NCBI GenBank assembly: GCA_040326155.1
Contig: JBEQLE010000028.1
Coordinates: forward strand, 1 to 44,662
Length of the DNA: 44,662 bases
Direction of reading: 5' to 3'
DNA from: Leptospirales bacterium
GTDB lineage: Bacteria > Spirochaetota > Leptospiria > Turneriellales > JAOUFE01
A model generated the notes under the pieces. That model searched no databases. It was not told where the DNA came from and worked only from the letters and a program-made list of their open reading frames with translations. Positions 1-8,587 of this stretch are shown here, in pieces. The position numbers and the translations under genes were made by a program. Every line of letters starts with the position of its first letter. The stretch's first letter is position 1.

Positions 1-2751
1 GGGATAATTTCGTGTACGGGCACAGTTTCCATAAAAGTGTCTCCGATTTTTGGAGAAAAGGGAGATTTGGGTGCGGTTACCTTATTACTAACCGACTTTC
101 CTTTGAATAATGCAAACGTTACCCAGGTAAATGTGAATTTTTCTAAAATTGAAATTCATTCGGAAACCCGTGGATGGGAAACTGTAGTTGACTATGGCAA
201 AGAAGGCAGATCATTCGATCTTCTTACTTTGCAAAACGGAGTTACAGATGAGCTTGGATCGTTCAGTCTTAAAACCGGCGTCTATACGCAGATACGATTA
301 TACTTAAACGACACAAATGAAATAGTAGTAAATAGAAATGGCGTAGCGGTTTCGGAACCGTTGAAAGTTCCGTCGGGCGTCCAAACAGGTATTAAACTCA
401 ACCGCTCTTTTGAAGTTGCCGCGCAGGGGGTTACCACCTTTACTGTCGATTTTGACGCTCAAAAATCGATTAGCCATAATAAAGGGCAGGGGTATCTTCT
501 TAAACCTGTTATCAAGATAATAGACGCAAAAACGGACCAGGGCGCCGGGCAAACCGTGTCGGCCGAAAACGGCGGATCTGTTTCCATATTAAGTGAAATA
601 TCGGTAGATGTGCCGGCAGGGGCTTTAAACACCGATACTCAGATTGAAATTGTTCCCGTCGCTACCGCAATGCCTGATACCTTGTCTAGCATTACCATGT
701 TATCGAATAGATACGAATTATTACCCGATGGAATTCAATTTAATTCTGACATAACAATTACTATGAATTATGACCCTAAAGAAGTTACAGGTTTAAAGCT
801 TAATGAAAATGCTCTGGAAATTTATTATTTTGATCCAGGGCGAAACAGCTGGGTGTCCATTAGCAGCACGGTCGACATTGCCTCAAATACGGTAACCGCC
901 CAAACAAATCACTTTACTCAGTTTGGCGTGGGTGCATCGTCTCCGCCTGGTGTCCCGATTATTAATCCGGCAGAAATAGTATACACGGTAGATCCTGTGT
1001 TTAACGTAACAACTCAGATACCCGACAATATCCTGGCCGATATAAAAGAAGCGGATGTGCAAGATAAGGTGGCATCGGTTACTGTGTTCTACCGAATAGC
1101 GGGGGCCGGAGCCTACCAAACCTGTAATCAACCTATCACACCGAAAAAGTTTATTAAGAAATACACCTGCCTTATTCTGGCCGGTTATGTGACAGGTGAT
1201 ATTACAACGCAAACCTTTGAAGTGTATATTGAAGCAACCGATTTGGCCGGCAATGTGGCTTACGCTCCGCCAACAGCCGGCAGCGGAGTTGTGCATTCGT
1301 ATACATATAATCCCGATGTCGATGGCGATGGAATAAACGACCGGTGGGAGGCTCTTTATGGACTAAACCCCGGCGACCCCGCAGACGGCTCTATAGATCT
1401 TGATTTAGACGGTTTAAGCAATTTGCAGGAGTACCAGACAGGTACGGACCCCAATGTTCCGAATAATATTTTATTAGCCCCGACCGGCGTAACGGTAATA
1501 AATAGTGGCGCGCAGAATTCGCTTAGCTGGAACGTCGTGGCCGGTGCAACTTCGTATAACGTATACTGGAGTACTACCGCCGGTGTTACCCCTGTAACCG
1601 GTACAAAAATAAGCAACGCTGCCTCCCCCTACAACCACACAGGACTTATCGATGGAACGACATACTATTACATTGTTACTGCATTCGATGGCGTAATCGA
1701 GAGTCAGCCTTCTGCTGAGGTGTCCGTAACTTTTACCCAACCTAAGATCTATTTTACCGCTACCGGTTCTATGACAATGCCAAGAATCTTTCATACAGCA
1801 ACATTGATGCCTAACGGCAAGGTTCTAATAACCGGTGGGAATAATCATCAAGGCACTCCAAAAAATCCCTCACCTGCCGGAGATTCGGCAGAGATTTATA
1901 ATCCGGCTACAGGAACCTTCAGCGCTACGGGCATGATGAATGCTCGAAGAATTTATCATACGGCAACTTTAATGGCGAATGGAAAAATCTTAATAGTAGG
2001 CGGACACGATGGTGTTCCCATTGCTATGGCTGAGATCTATGATCCGGCTACGGGTACTTTTTCACCCACAGGTTCTTTGAATTTTGGCCGTTACCATCAT
2101 CGCGCTACTTTATTAACCGATGGTAAGGTTTTGATTACCGGGGGTATGCAGAATCCATCCACCGCTACAGCAGAGATTTACGATCCGGTAGCAGGAACCT
2201 TCAGCGCTACAGAGCCAATGAAATCACCACGTACTGGTCATACGGCCACTTTATTATCGAGCGGTAAAGTTTTGATTACCGGTGGGAGAGTTTTAAATCC
2301 AAAATTGGCTTCAGGGGAAATTTATGACCCAACTATGGGAACCTTTAAACCTACGGGTAACATGAACCTGGCAAGATCTTCTCATACAGCGACTTTATTG
2401 TCCAATGGTAAGGTTTTAATGACCGGGGGAAATTATGGTGCGTCGGAAATTTTTGATCCGGTCACAAGAACTTTTACGACAACCGGCATTTTGAACTTGC
2501 CCACTACGTTCCATACAGCGACGTTAATACTAAATGGTATGGTTTTGGTTACGGGGGGGAGTGACGGTCAAAAGGCAGTTAACTCAACCGAGCTTTATGA
2601 CCCACTCACTGGTAACTATGCTACTACCGGTTTATTAAACTCTGCAAGAAATTACCACATGGCAACTCTGTTGCCGAACGGTATGATTTTGATTACGGGG
2701 GGGATTAGTTTTTATGGTACTATTATCGGTACAGCGGAACTGTTTGAGTAG
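1..2751 (+). CDS. Modular surface lipoprotein, 5'-truncated by the window edge: DUF4382 + ZU5-like + DxDGDG Ca-binding repeat + FN3 + C-terminal Kelch beta-propeller
   Basis: The frame is open from base 1 (GIISCTGTVSIKVSPIF...), and GIISC looks like the end of a lipoprotein signal, so the GTG at 37 is probably not the start. DUF4382-like motifs (LLTDFP, YTQIRL, LKVPSG, VDFDAQKS, LKPVI); VPAGAL...NHFTQF ZU5-like segment; PDVDGDGINDRWE/DLDGLSNLQEY; FN3 (LSWNVVAGATSYNVYWS...YYYIVTA); about 7 Kelch repeats RxxHTATLLxNGKVLITGG...AEIYDP. Confidence 0.8.
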   Translation, partial: GIISCTGTVSIKVSPIFGEKGDLGAVTLLLTDFPLNNANVTQVNVNFSKIEIHSETRGWETVVDYGKEGRSFDLLTLQNGVTDELGSFSLKTGVYTQIRLYLNDTNEIVVNRNGVAVSEPLKVPSGVQTGIKLNRSFEVAAQGVTTFTVDFDAQKSISHNKGQGYLLKPVIKIIDAKTDQGAGQTVSAENGGSVSILSEISVDVPAGALNTDTQIEIVPVATAMPDTLSSITMLSNRYELLPDGIQFNSDITITMNYDPKEVTGLKLNENALEIYYFDPGRNSWVSISSTVDIASNTVTAQTNHFTQFGVGASSPPGVPIINPAEIVYTVDPVFNVTTQIPDNILADIKEADVQDKVASVTVFYRIAGAGAYQTCNQPITPKKFIKKYTCLILAGYVTGDITTQTFEVYIEATDLAGNVAYAPPTAGSGVVHSYTYNPDVDGDGINDRWEALYGLNPGDPADGSIDLDLDGLSNLQEYQTGTDPNVPNNILLAPTGVTVINSGAQNSLSWNVVAGATSYNVYWSTTAGVTPVTGTKISNAASPYNHTGLIDGTTYYYIVTAFDGVIESQPSAEVSVTFTQPKIYFTATGSMTMPRIFHTATLMPNGKVLITGGNNHQGTPKNPSPAGDSAEIYNPATGTFSATGMMNARRIYHTATLMANGKILIVGGHDGVPIAMAEIYDPATGTFSPTGSLNFGRYHHRATLLTDGKVLITGGMQNPSTATAEIYDPVAGTFSATEPMKSPRTGHTATLLSSGKVLITGGRVLNPKLASGEIYDPTMGTFKPTGNMNLARSSHTATLLSNGKVLMTGGNYGASEIFDPVTRTFTTTGILNLPTTFHTATLILNGMVLVTGGSDGQKAVNSTELYDPLTGNYATTGLLNSARNYHMATLLPNGMILITGGISFYGTIIGTAELFE

Positions 2752-2797
2752 TATTCGCTATTCTGGAAATATGTTTAGGGCGAGCTATTCCCTGTAT

Positions 2798-2855
2798 CGT
2801 TAGTCGACGACAAGGGGTTTTTCGAAGGGTTACGGTTTTCTAGACAAGGAAACCG
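2798..2855. repeat. Degenerate palindromic intergenic element, possibly related to the 44.5-kb elements
   Basis: CGTTAG..CGACAAGG..GGTTTTTCG resembles the reverse complement of 44523-44566. Hairpin CGGTTT(T)C/GAAACCG at 2833-2855. Confidence 0.3.
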
Positions 2856-3054
2856 GAGAAACTACCGCGCCAGTGCCTTGGTAAAATCCCTTTTTAAAAT
2901 TAGTATCCAGGTTTGTAAATCTTTACGAATCAAAGATAAAAAAAGTTTCGAATATGGAGGGGCCCCGTCATAAAAAACTCTTTACACATTAACAGCTTAA
3001 CAATACTAATAATTCCACAAAAATATTTACTGTTCATGATTTGAAAACAACCGC

Positions 3055-4965
3055 ATGTATCAAAATAGCATAAAATTCACCTCCATAAATCCCCGTCGTT
3101 TTCTTTACTTTCTAGCGCTTTCGTTAGCGCTAACGTTTTTTATGGGTTGTTCACCCGGCGCTAATTTTCGTTTTGCGGTACCCTTTGTATTGGCGGTGAT
3201 TGGATTTTTATACAGTTGCGCGAATCGCGAAGACCTTGACGCCGCTCTGCAAGCCCGAATCGACGAATTATCCGATACCAATTTAACCTGGTCACAGGAC
3301 GCTTATGTAAAAGCCAGCAATGCAGAGGGAGGCGATATTTTTGGCAGCTCTGTTGCGATTTCCGGAGACTATATGGTAGTTGGAGCACAGCAGGAATCTT
3401 ATCAGGGTCCTACTTTCATAATAAATACAGACGATACAAGCCCGACTGCGGTTGATAGTGGAACCGCCAGTGCCAGCGGCGCCGTGTATGTGTTTAAACG
3501 CGCGAGCAACGGCGACTGGGCCCAGGACGCCTACCTCAAAGCCTCCAATGCCGGAATGAGCGATTATTTCGGGCATTCCGTTTCCATATCGGGTGATTAT
3601 ATAGCGGTAGGCGCCTGGGGAGAAGACAGCTCTTTCACCGATATACAAAATGGGGATAATCATACGTTTTCATCTGGGAGCGACGATGACGACAACTGGA
3701 GCTTTTCCGGGGCGGTCTATGTGTTTAAAAAAAACGGCAGCGGCAACTGGGTCCAGGATGCCTACCTTAAGACAACCAACCACCAAAACACCGATATTTT
3801 TGGGTACGCGGTGGCCATTTCAGGGGACTACATTGTTGCCAGCTCTTACGCAGAAGACAACTCTATAACCACCATACGAAACGGCAATGACTATGTTTTC
3901 ACGATAGCGCCCACACCCGGGTATGACGATGATAGTGCTGCCAGCTCCAGCGGGGCGATTTATGTGTTTAAAAGAGACACCGACGGGTCCGTAACGGCCA
4001 CAACAGGTGATTGGTTTCAGGACGCTTATTTAAAAGCGTCTAACGCAAGAGCAGGCATTAAACTGGGTCGAGCTCTAGCCATAGATGGCAATTATATTGT
4101 TGCCGGCTCCGAACTCGATGATAATTCTTATACCGACATTCAAAACGGCGATAATCATAGTTTTACTTCAGCGCCCTCACCTATCGCTGATGATAATAAC
4201 TACGCTTCCAATAGCGGCGCCGCCTATGTGTTTAAGCGAAACTCCACTAACGGCAACTGGAGCCAGGACGCTTACCTGAAAGCGACCAATGCAGAGGCAT
4301 CTGATAACTTTGGAGAAAGCGTATCCATTTCAGGAAACTATATTGCCGTGGGGGCGAAGTCTGAAAAAAATTCCTACACCACCATACAAAACGGTAATAA
4401 CCATGTGTTTACTTTCGCGCCTGACGCAAATGCCGATGACAACGCCTCTTCCGGTGCATTCGGCAGCGGGGCCGTGTATGTATTTAAACGAGACACAGAC
4501 GGCTCGGTAACCGGTACCACTGGTTACTGGTTTCAGGATGCTTATCTTAAGGCCAGCAATGCCGAAGGCATGGACAGTTTCGGTATCAGCGTTGCCATAG
4601 ATAGCGAATACATTGCGGTCGGGGCTAGCGGAGAAGATAATTCTTATACAGACATTCAAAATGACGATAACTTTATCTTTACGGATCTGGTAGATGATAA
4701 TGCAAGTGCATCCAGCAGCGGCGCCGTGTATGTGTTTAAAAGAAATTCAAGCGGCGACTGGTCTCAGGATGCATATCTAAAAGCGTCTAACGCAGATAGT
4801 AGTGATCTTTTTGGAGGTTCTGTGGCAATTTCGGGCAAAACCATAGTTACCGGAGCAGCCGGTGAAAGCTCAAACCAGACCACCATTACAAATACCGATG
4901 GCGCGGCTTCTACGGATAACTCTATCACGAGCAGCGGCGCGGTGTATATATTTAAGGGGCGGTAA
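3055..4965 (+). CDS. FG-GAP (integrin alpha-like) beta-propeller repeat lipoprotein
   Basis: About 7 repeats of W-x-QDAYLKASNA...FGxSVAISGDYIxVGA...SGAVYVFKR. N-terminal hydrophobic segments end in Cys. An alternative start at ATG 3142 is possible. Confidence 0.85.
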   Translation: MYQNSIKFTSINPRRFLYFLALSLALTFFMGCSPGANFRFAVPFVLAVIGFLYSCANREDLDAALQARIDELSDTNLTWSQDAYVKASNAEGGDIFGSSVAISGDYMVVGAQQESYQGPTFIINTDDTSPTAVDSGTASASGAVYVFKRASNGDWAQDAYLKASNAGMSDYFGHSVSISGDYIAVGAWGEDSSFTDIQNGDNHTFSSGSDDDDNWSFSGAVYVFKKNGSGNWVQDAYLKTTNHQNTDIFGYAVAISGDYIVASSYAEDNSITTIRNGNDYVFTIAPTPGYDDDSAASSSGAIYVFKRDTDGSVTATTGDWFQDAYLKASNARAGIKLGRALAIDGNYIVAGSELDDNSYTDIQNGDNHSFTSAPSPIADDNNYASNSGAAYVFKRNSTNGNWSQDAYLKATNAEASDNFGESVSISGNYIAVGAKSEKNSYTTIQNGNNHVFTFAPDANADDNASSGAFGSGAVYVFKRDTDGSVTGTTGYWFQDAYLKASNAEGMDSFGISVAIDSEYIAVGASGEDNSYTDIQNDDNFIFTDLVDDNASASSSGAVYVFKRNSSGDWSQDAYLKASNADSSDLFGGSVAISGKTIVTGAAGESSNQTTITNTDGAASTDNSITSSGAVYIFKGR

Positions 4966-5062
4966 TTTCTACCGGATTTTAATTCTCATAAAGTCTGCAT
5001 TTGCTTCTTATGAATATTGGAAGGGTCGATATATAATTTACAATTTTATTCTTTCAGGAGCG

Positions 5063-5186
5063 GCTTAACAACAGTATAAAAGGGGAAGCGTAGATTCTTT
5101 TGCATTCAGGCAAAAAATCGGAGCGGGGGGAAAATCGATAAACCGGGTAGAGTACGAACCTGTTTTCCCCGCATAATGAGTTATGT
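5063..5186 (+). mobile_element. attC-like integron cassette recombination site (putative, solitary)
   Basis: Starts with GCTTAAC (RYYYAAC), which contains the TAA of an upstream AT-rich ORF end, and ends with GTTATGT. Length is 124 bp with imperfect pairing TAAC/GTTA, CAGTAT/ATAATG and GGGGAA/TTCCCC. Confidence 0.4.
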
Positions 5187-5196
5187 TTTGTTTATT

Positions 5197-5224
5197 GATG
5201 AAAACCGACGAAAACCGATGAAAA
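5197..5224 (+). promoter_or_regulatory. 10-bp-period direct repeat upstream of rpsL
   Basis: GATGAAAACC-GACGAAAACC-GATGAAAA, about 30 bp upstream of a TTGACG hexamer (5257-5262). Confidence 0.4.
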
Positions 5225-5306
5225 TGGTCACTTACAGAAAAGATCCAATAATTTTATTGACGCTACGTGTAAATTAGATTGTTTATCCACTAAACAGAGG
5301 GAAAAT

Positions 5307-5681
5307 ATGCCTACGATTAATCAATTAATACGCCACGGTCGGGTTGAAGTAATAAAAAAGACCAAATCACCCGCCTTATCATCTAGCCCGCAGCGGCGAG
5401 GAGTTTGTACACGTGTAATGACGTACACTCCCAAAAAACCAAACTCGGCTCTTCGAAAAGTAGCCAGGGTTCGTTTAACTAACGGAATAGAGATTACAGC
5501 TTACATACCCGGAGAAGGCCACAACCTTCAGGAACACTCGGTTGTTCTTGTACGTGGTGGAAGAGTAAAAGACTTACCAGGTGTTCGTTATCATATTATT
5601 CGAGGTGCCCTCGATGCTCTTGGAGTCGATAAAAGACGCCAGAGTAGATCAAAATACGGCGCAAAGCGTCCTAAGGCGTAA
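5307..5681 (+). CDS. rpsL: 30S ribosomal protein S12
   Basis: [56 protein letters not shown] upstream. Confidence 0.99.
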   Translation: MPTINQLIRHGRVEVIKKTKSPALSSSPQRRGVCTRVMTYTPKKPNSALRKVARVRLTNGIEITAYIPGEGHNLQEHSVVLVRGGRVKDLPGVRYHIIRGALDALGVDKRRQSRSKYGAKRPKA

Positions 5682-5698
5682 GGGAAAAGGTAATTCAA

Positions 5699-6172
5699 AT
5701 GGCCAGAAGAAGAACGAAATCACTCCAACGTAAAATGGTTCCCGATTATGTTTATAATAGCGAACTTGTAACAAAATTCATCAATAGTATGATGTATGAC
5801 GGAAAAAAATCTGTCGCAGAGCAATCTTTCTATAAAGCTCTTGAAATTGTCGCCGAAAAAACCGGTGAAAATGGATATGAGCAATTTAAAAAAGTTATCC
5901 AAAACGTTGAACCTACAATTGAAGTAAAATCTCGTCGCGTTGGTGGGGTTACCTATCAAGTTCCCGTCGAAGTTTACTCTGTGCGTAAACGTTCCCTTGC
6001 CGTTCGTTGGTTAATTCATGCAGCCAGAACTCGAAGCGGTCGTACTATGGCCCAGAAACTGGCAAACGAACTTCTTGATGCGCTGAACAATACAGGCGGC
6101 GCAATGAAGAAAAAAGATGACGTGCGTAAAATGGCCGACGCTAACCGGGCTTTTTCTCACTACGCTTGGTAA
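5699..6172 (+). CDS. rpsG: 30S ribosomal protein S7
   Basis: MYDGKKSVA, EVKSRRVGGVTYQVPVEV, MADANRAFSHY. Follows rpsL. Confidence 0.99.
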   Translation: MARRRTKSLQRKMVPDYVYNSELVTKFINSMMYDGKKSVAEQSFYKALEIVAEKTGENGYEQFKKVIQNVEPTIEVKSRRVGGVTYQVPVEVYSVRKRSLAVRWLIHAARTRSGRTMAQKLANELLDALNNTGGAMKKKDDVRKMADANRAFSHYAW

Positions 6173-6214
6173 GATTGATTTTCAATCCACCAAGATCTAC
6201 ATAGAGGTAATATT

Positions 6215-8320
6215 ATGCCAAGAAAAACAGAACTCGGTAAATACCGAAATATCGGTATTATGGCGCACATTGACGCCGGTAAAACAACTACAACAGAACG
6301 TATTTTATTTTATACTGGAAAAACGTATAAAATTGGCGAGGTCCACGATGGAGCTGCTGAAATGGACTGGATGGAGCAGGAAAAAGAGCGGGGTATTACA
6401 ATTACCTCTGCTGCAACTACCTGTTTTTGGAAAGACCACCAGATTAATATTATCGATACTCCCGGTCACGTTGACTTTACCGTTGAGGTCGAGCGTTCCC
6501 TTCGCGTACTTGACGGCGCTGTAGCGGTGTACGATGGTGTTGCCGGTGTAGAACCGCAAACCGAAACTGTCTGGAGACAGGCTGACCGTTATCATGTTCC
6601 CCGAATGTGTTTTGTTAATAAAATGGATAGAACCGGGGCCGACTTCTATAATTCAGTCGCCATGATGAAAGATCGTCTTGGTGCAAACGCCGTTCCTATA
6701 CAAATTCCCATTGGTGCTGAAGCCGACTACAAGGGTCATATTGACCTTGTTGCCAACAAAGCTGTTGTCTGGTCAGGTGAAGAACTTGGCGCAGAATTTG
6801 AGGTTGTAGATATACCAGCCGATTTTACCGAACAGGCAGCGAAGTACCGTGCAGCCTTAATGGAAGCAGTGGCAGAGGTGAATGAAGATCTACTTGAAAA
6901 ATACCTGGATTCAGGCGAGCTTTCAGAAGAAGAACTTATTAAAGGCATTCGTTTTGCAACTCTGAATATGACACTTTTTCCAGTATTATGCGGTACCGCT
7001 TTTAAAAACAAAGGGGTGCAGACGTTACTTGATGCTGTAATCGAATATTTACCGAGTCCTCTTGATGTTCCTCCTATTAAATGTTTTTCTATGGACACTA
7101 AAGATGACGTAGATGCGGAACCGGACTTAGAAAGAAAAGCTTCCGATGATGAGCCATTTGCAGCCCTGGCTTTTAAAATTATGTCGGACCCTTACATTGG
7201 TAAACTTACATTTTTACGGGTTTATTCCGGTAAATTATCAAAAGGCTCTTATATTATAAACACAACGAAAGATAAAAAAGAAAGAATCGGACGTATTGTT
7301 CAAATGCACGCGAATCACCGTGAAGAACAAGATGAAATATTTACCGGCGATATTGCCGCCGCAGTTGGTCTAAAAGACGCAACAACTGGAGACACGATAA
7401 CATCCGAAGAGGGTCAAATTGTTCTAGAGAGAATGATTTTTCCTGAGCCGGTTATCTCGGTTGCTATTGAACCAAAAACAAAAGCTGACCAGGAAAAACT
7501 AGGCGTAGCTCTTCAGAAACTTGCTGAAGAAGACCCTACTTTTAGAGTAAAAACGGACGAAGAGACATCCCAGACAATTATCGAAGGGATGGGCGAACTT
7601 CACCTTGAAATTATTGTAGATCGTCTAAGACGAGAATTTAAAGTCGAAGCGAATGTGGGTAAACCTCAGGTTGCTTATCGTGAAACAATCCGCAATATGG
7701 TTGAACACGAATCGAAATATATTAAACAAACCGGTGGTCGAGGTCAATACGGTCACGTGTGGATTCGAATTGAACCGCAAGAAGCCGGTAAAGGTTTTGA
7801 ATTTGTTAATAAAGTTGTTGGTGGATCGGTTCCTAGAGAATTTATTCCCGCCGTTGGTAAAGGTATTGAAGAAGCAATGCAGACGGGCGTTATGGCCGGT
7901 TACCCCATGGTTGACGTGAAAGCGACTCTATACGACGGTTCTTACCACGATGTTGACTCTTCCGAAATGGCGTTTAAAATATGTGCGTCCATCGGTTTTA
8001 AAGAGGCATGTCGAAAAGCGAAACCCGTTCTTCTTGAGCCGCTAATGAAAGTCGAAGTTACCACCCCTGAAGATTACATGGGCGACGTAGTAGGCGACTT
8101 GAACCGAAGACGTGGTAAAGTCAACTCAATGGATTCGCGTGGCAACACCAAAATTGTGGACGCCCACGTACCACTTTCTGAAATGTTTGGCTACGCAACT
8201 GAGCTTCGAAGTCTTTCGCAGGGTCGAGCGGCATACACCATGCAGTTTGATTACTACGAAGAAGTTCCGGCCAGCATAGCCAAAGAAATTTCTGAAAAGG
8301 TTTCTGCCGGTAAAAAATAG
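6215..8320 (+). CDS. fusA: Elongation factor G
   Basis: [63 protein letters not shown]. Confidence 0.99.
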   Translation: MPRKTELGKYRNIGIMAHIDAGKTTTTERILFYTGKTYKIGEVHDGAAEMDWMEQEKERGITITSAATTCFWKDHQINIIDTPGHVDFTVEVERSLRVLDGAVAVYDGVAGVEPQTETVWRQADRYHVPRMCFVNKMDRTGADFYNSVAMMKDRLGANAVPIQIPIGAEADYKGHIDLVANKAVVWSGEELGAEFEVVDIPADFTEQAAKYRAALMEAVAEVNEDLLEKYLDSGELSEEELIKGIRFATLNMTLFPVLCGTAFKNKGVQTLLDAVIEYLPSPLDVPPIKCFSMDTKDDVDAEPDLERKASDDEPFAALAFKIMSDPYIGKLTFLRVYSGKLSKGSYIINTTKDKKERIGRIVQMHANHREEQDEIFTGDIAAAVGLKDATTGDTITSEEGQIVLERMIFPEPVISVAIEPKTKADQEKLGVALQKLAEEDPTFRVKTDEETSQTIIEGMGELHLEIIVDRLRREFKVEANVGKPQVAYRETIRNMVEHESKYIKQTGGRGQYGHVWIRIEPQEAGKGFEFVNKVVGGSVPREFIPAVGKGIEEAMQTGVMAGYPMVDVKATLYDGSYHDVDSSEMAFKICASIGFKEACRKAKPVLLEPLMKVEVTTPEDYMGDVVGDLNRRRGKVNSMDSRGNTKIVDAHVPLSEMFGYATELRSLSQGRAAYTMQFDYYEEVPASIAKEISEKVSAGKK

Positions 8321-8348
8321 TTCGAAATTTATCGAAACAAATGAACTA

Positions 8349-8376
8349 AAAAAACCCGCCTGATGGCGGGTTTTTT
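8349..8376. terminator. Rho-independent, likely bidirectional terminator after fusA
   Basis: AAAAAACCCGCC-TGAT-GGCGGGTTTTTT, a perfect 12-bp inverted repeat between convergent genes. Confidence 0.9.
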
Positions 8377-8392
8377 GTGTCTAAATGTTAAA

Positions 8393-8499
8393 GGGGGGCG
8401 TGAATACCAGACCGGATGAAAATAGCCGGCCCCCCTCGCTACGAATCTTTTTATTAAAAAGATTCTCTGCTACCCGCTGGGTGGCGATAGACACCCCCC
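8393..8499. repeat. Multi-hairpin palindromic element (REP/MITE-like or small structured RNA)
   Basis: Outer G6 (8393-8398) and C6 (8494-8499) enclose CCGG/CCGG, a perfect GAATCTTTTT-ATT-AAAAAGATTC stem (8443-8465) and GCTACCC/GGGTGGC (8469-8485). Confidence 0.5.
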
Positions 8500-8587
8500 G
8501 ATTTCATATTTAAGTCTAACATGGATGGCTATAAACCAAACCAGCATTTTAACGACGAATTCATTTTTGGTCGTTTGAGATGAGATT

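Noticed and set aside
304..1794. Short minus-strand ORFs inside the first gene, and similar shadow ORFs throughout the track
   Set aside because: They lie antisense to or out of frame within well-supported genes and have no motifs or RBS.
3280..4960. Regularly spaced DNA repeats resembling a CRISPR array or DGR repeats
   Set aside because: They are in-frame FG-GAP coding repeats about 240 bp apart. No cas or reverse transcriptase gene is present.
5283..5291. TTATCCACT, a DnaA-box-like 9-mer upstream of rpsL
   Set aside because: A single box with one mismatch and no cluster; expected by chance.
5307..5681. Streptomycin-resistance substitutions in S12
   Set aside because: TPKKPNS and RVKDLPG are both the wild-type motifs.
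8514..8585. Possible attC after the 895-aa gene (GTTAGAC on the minus strand)
   Set aside because: The core site is present, but there is no matching RYYYAAC and no convincing inner pairing.
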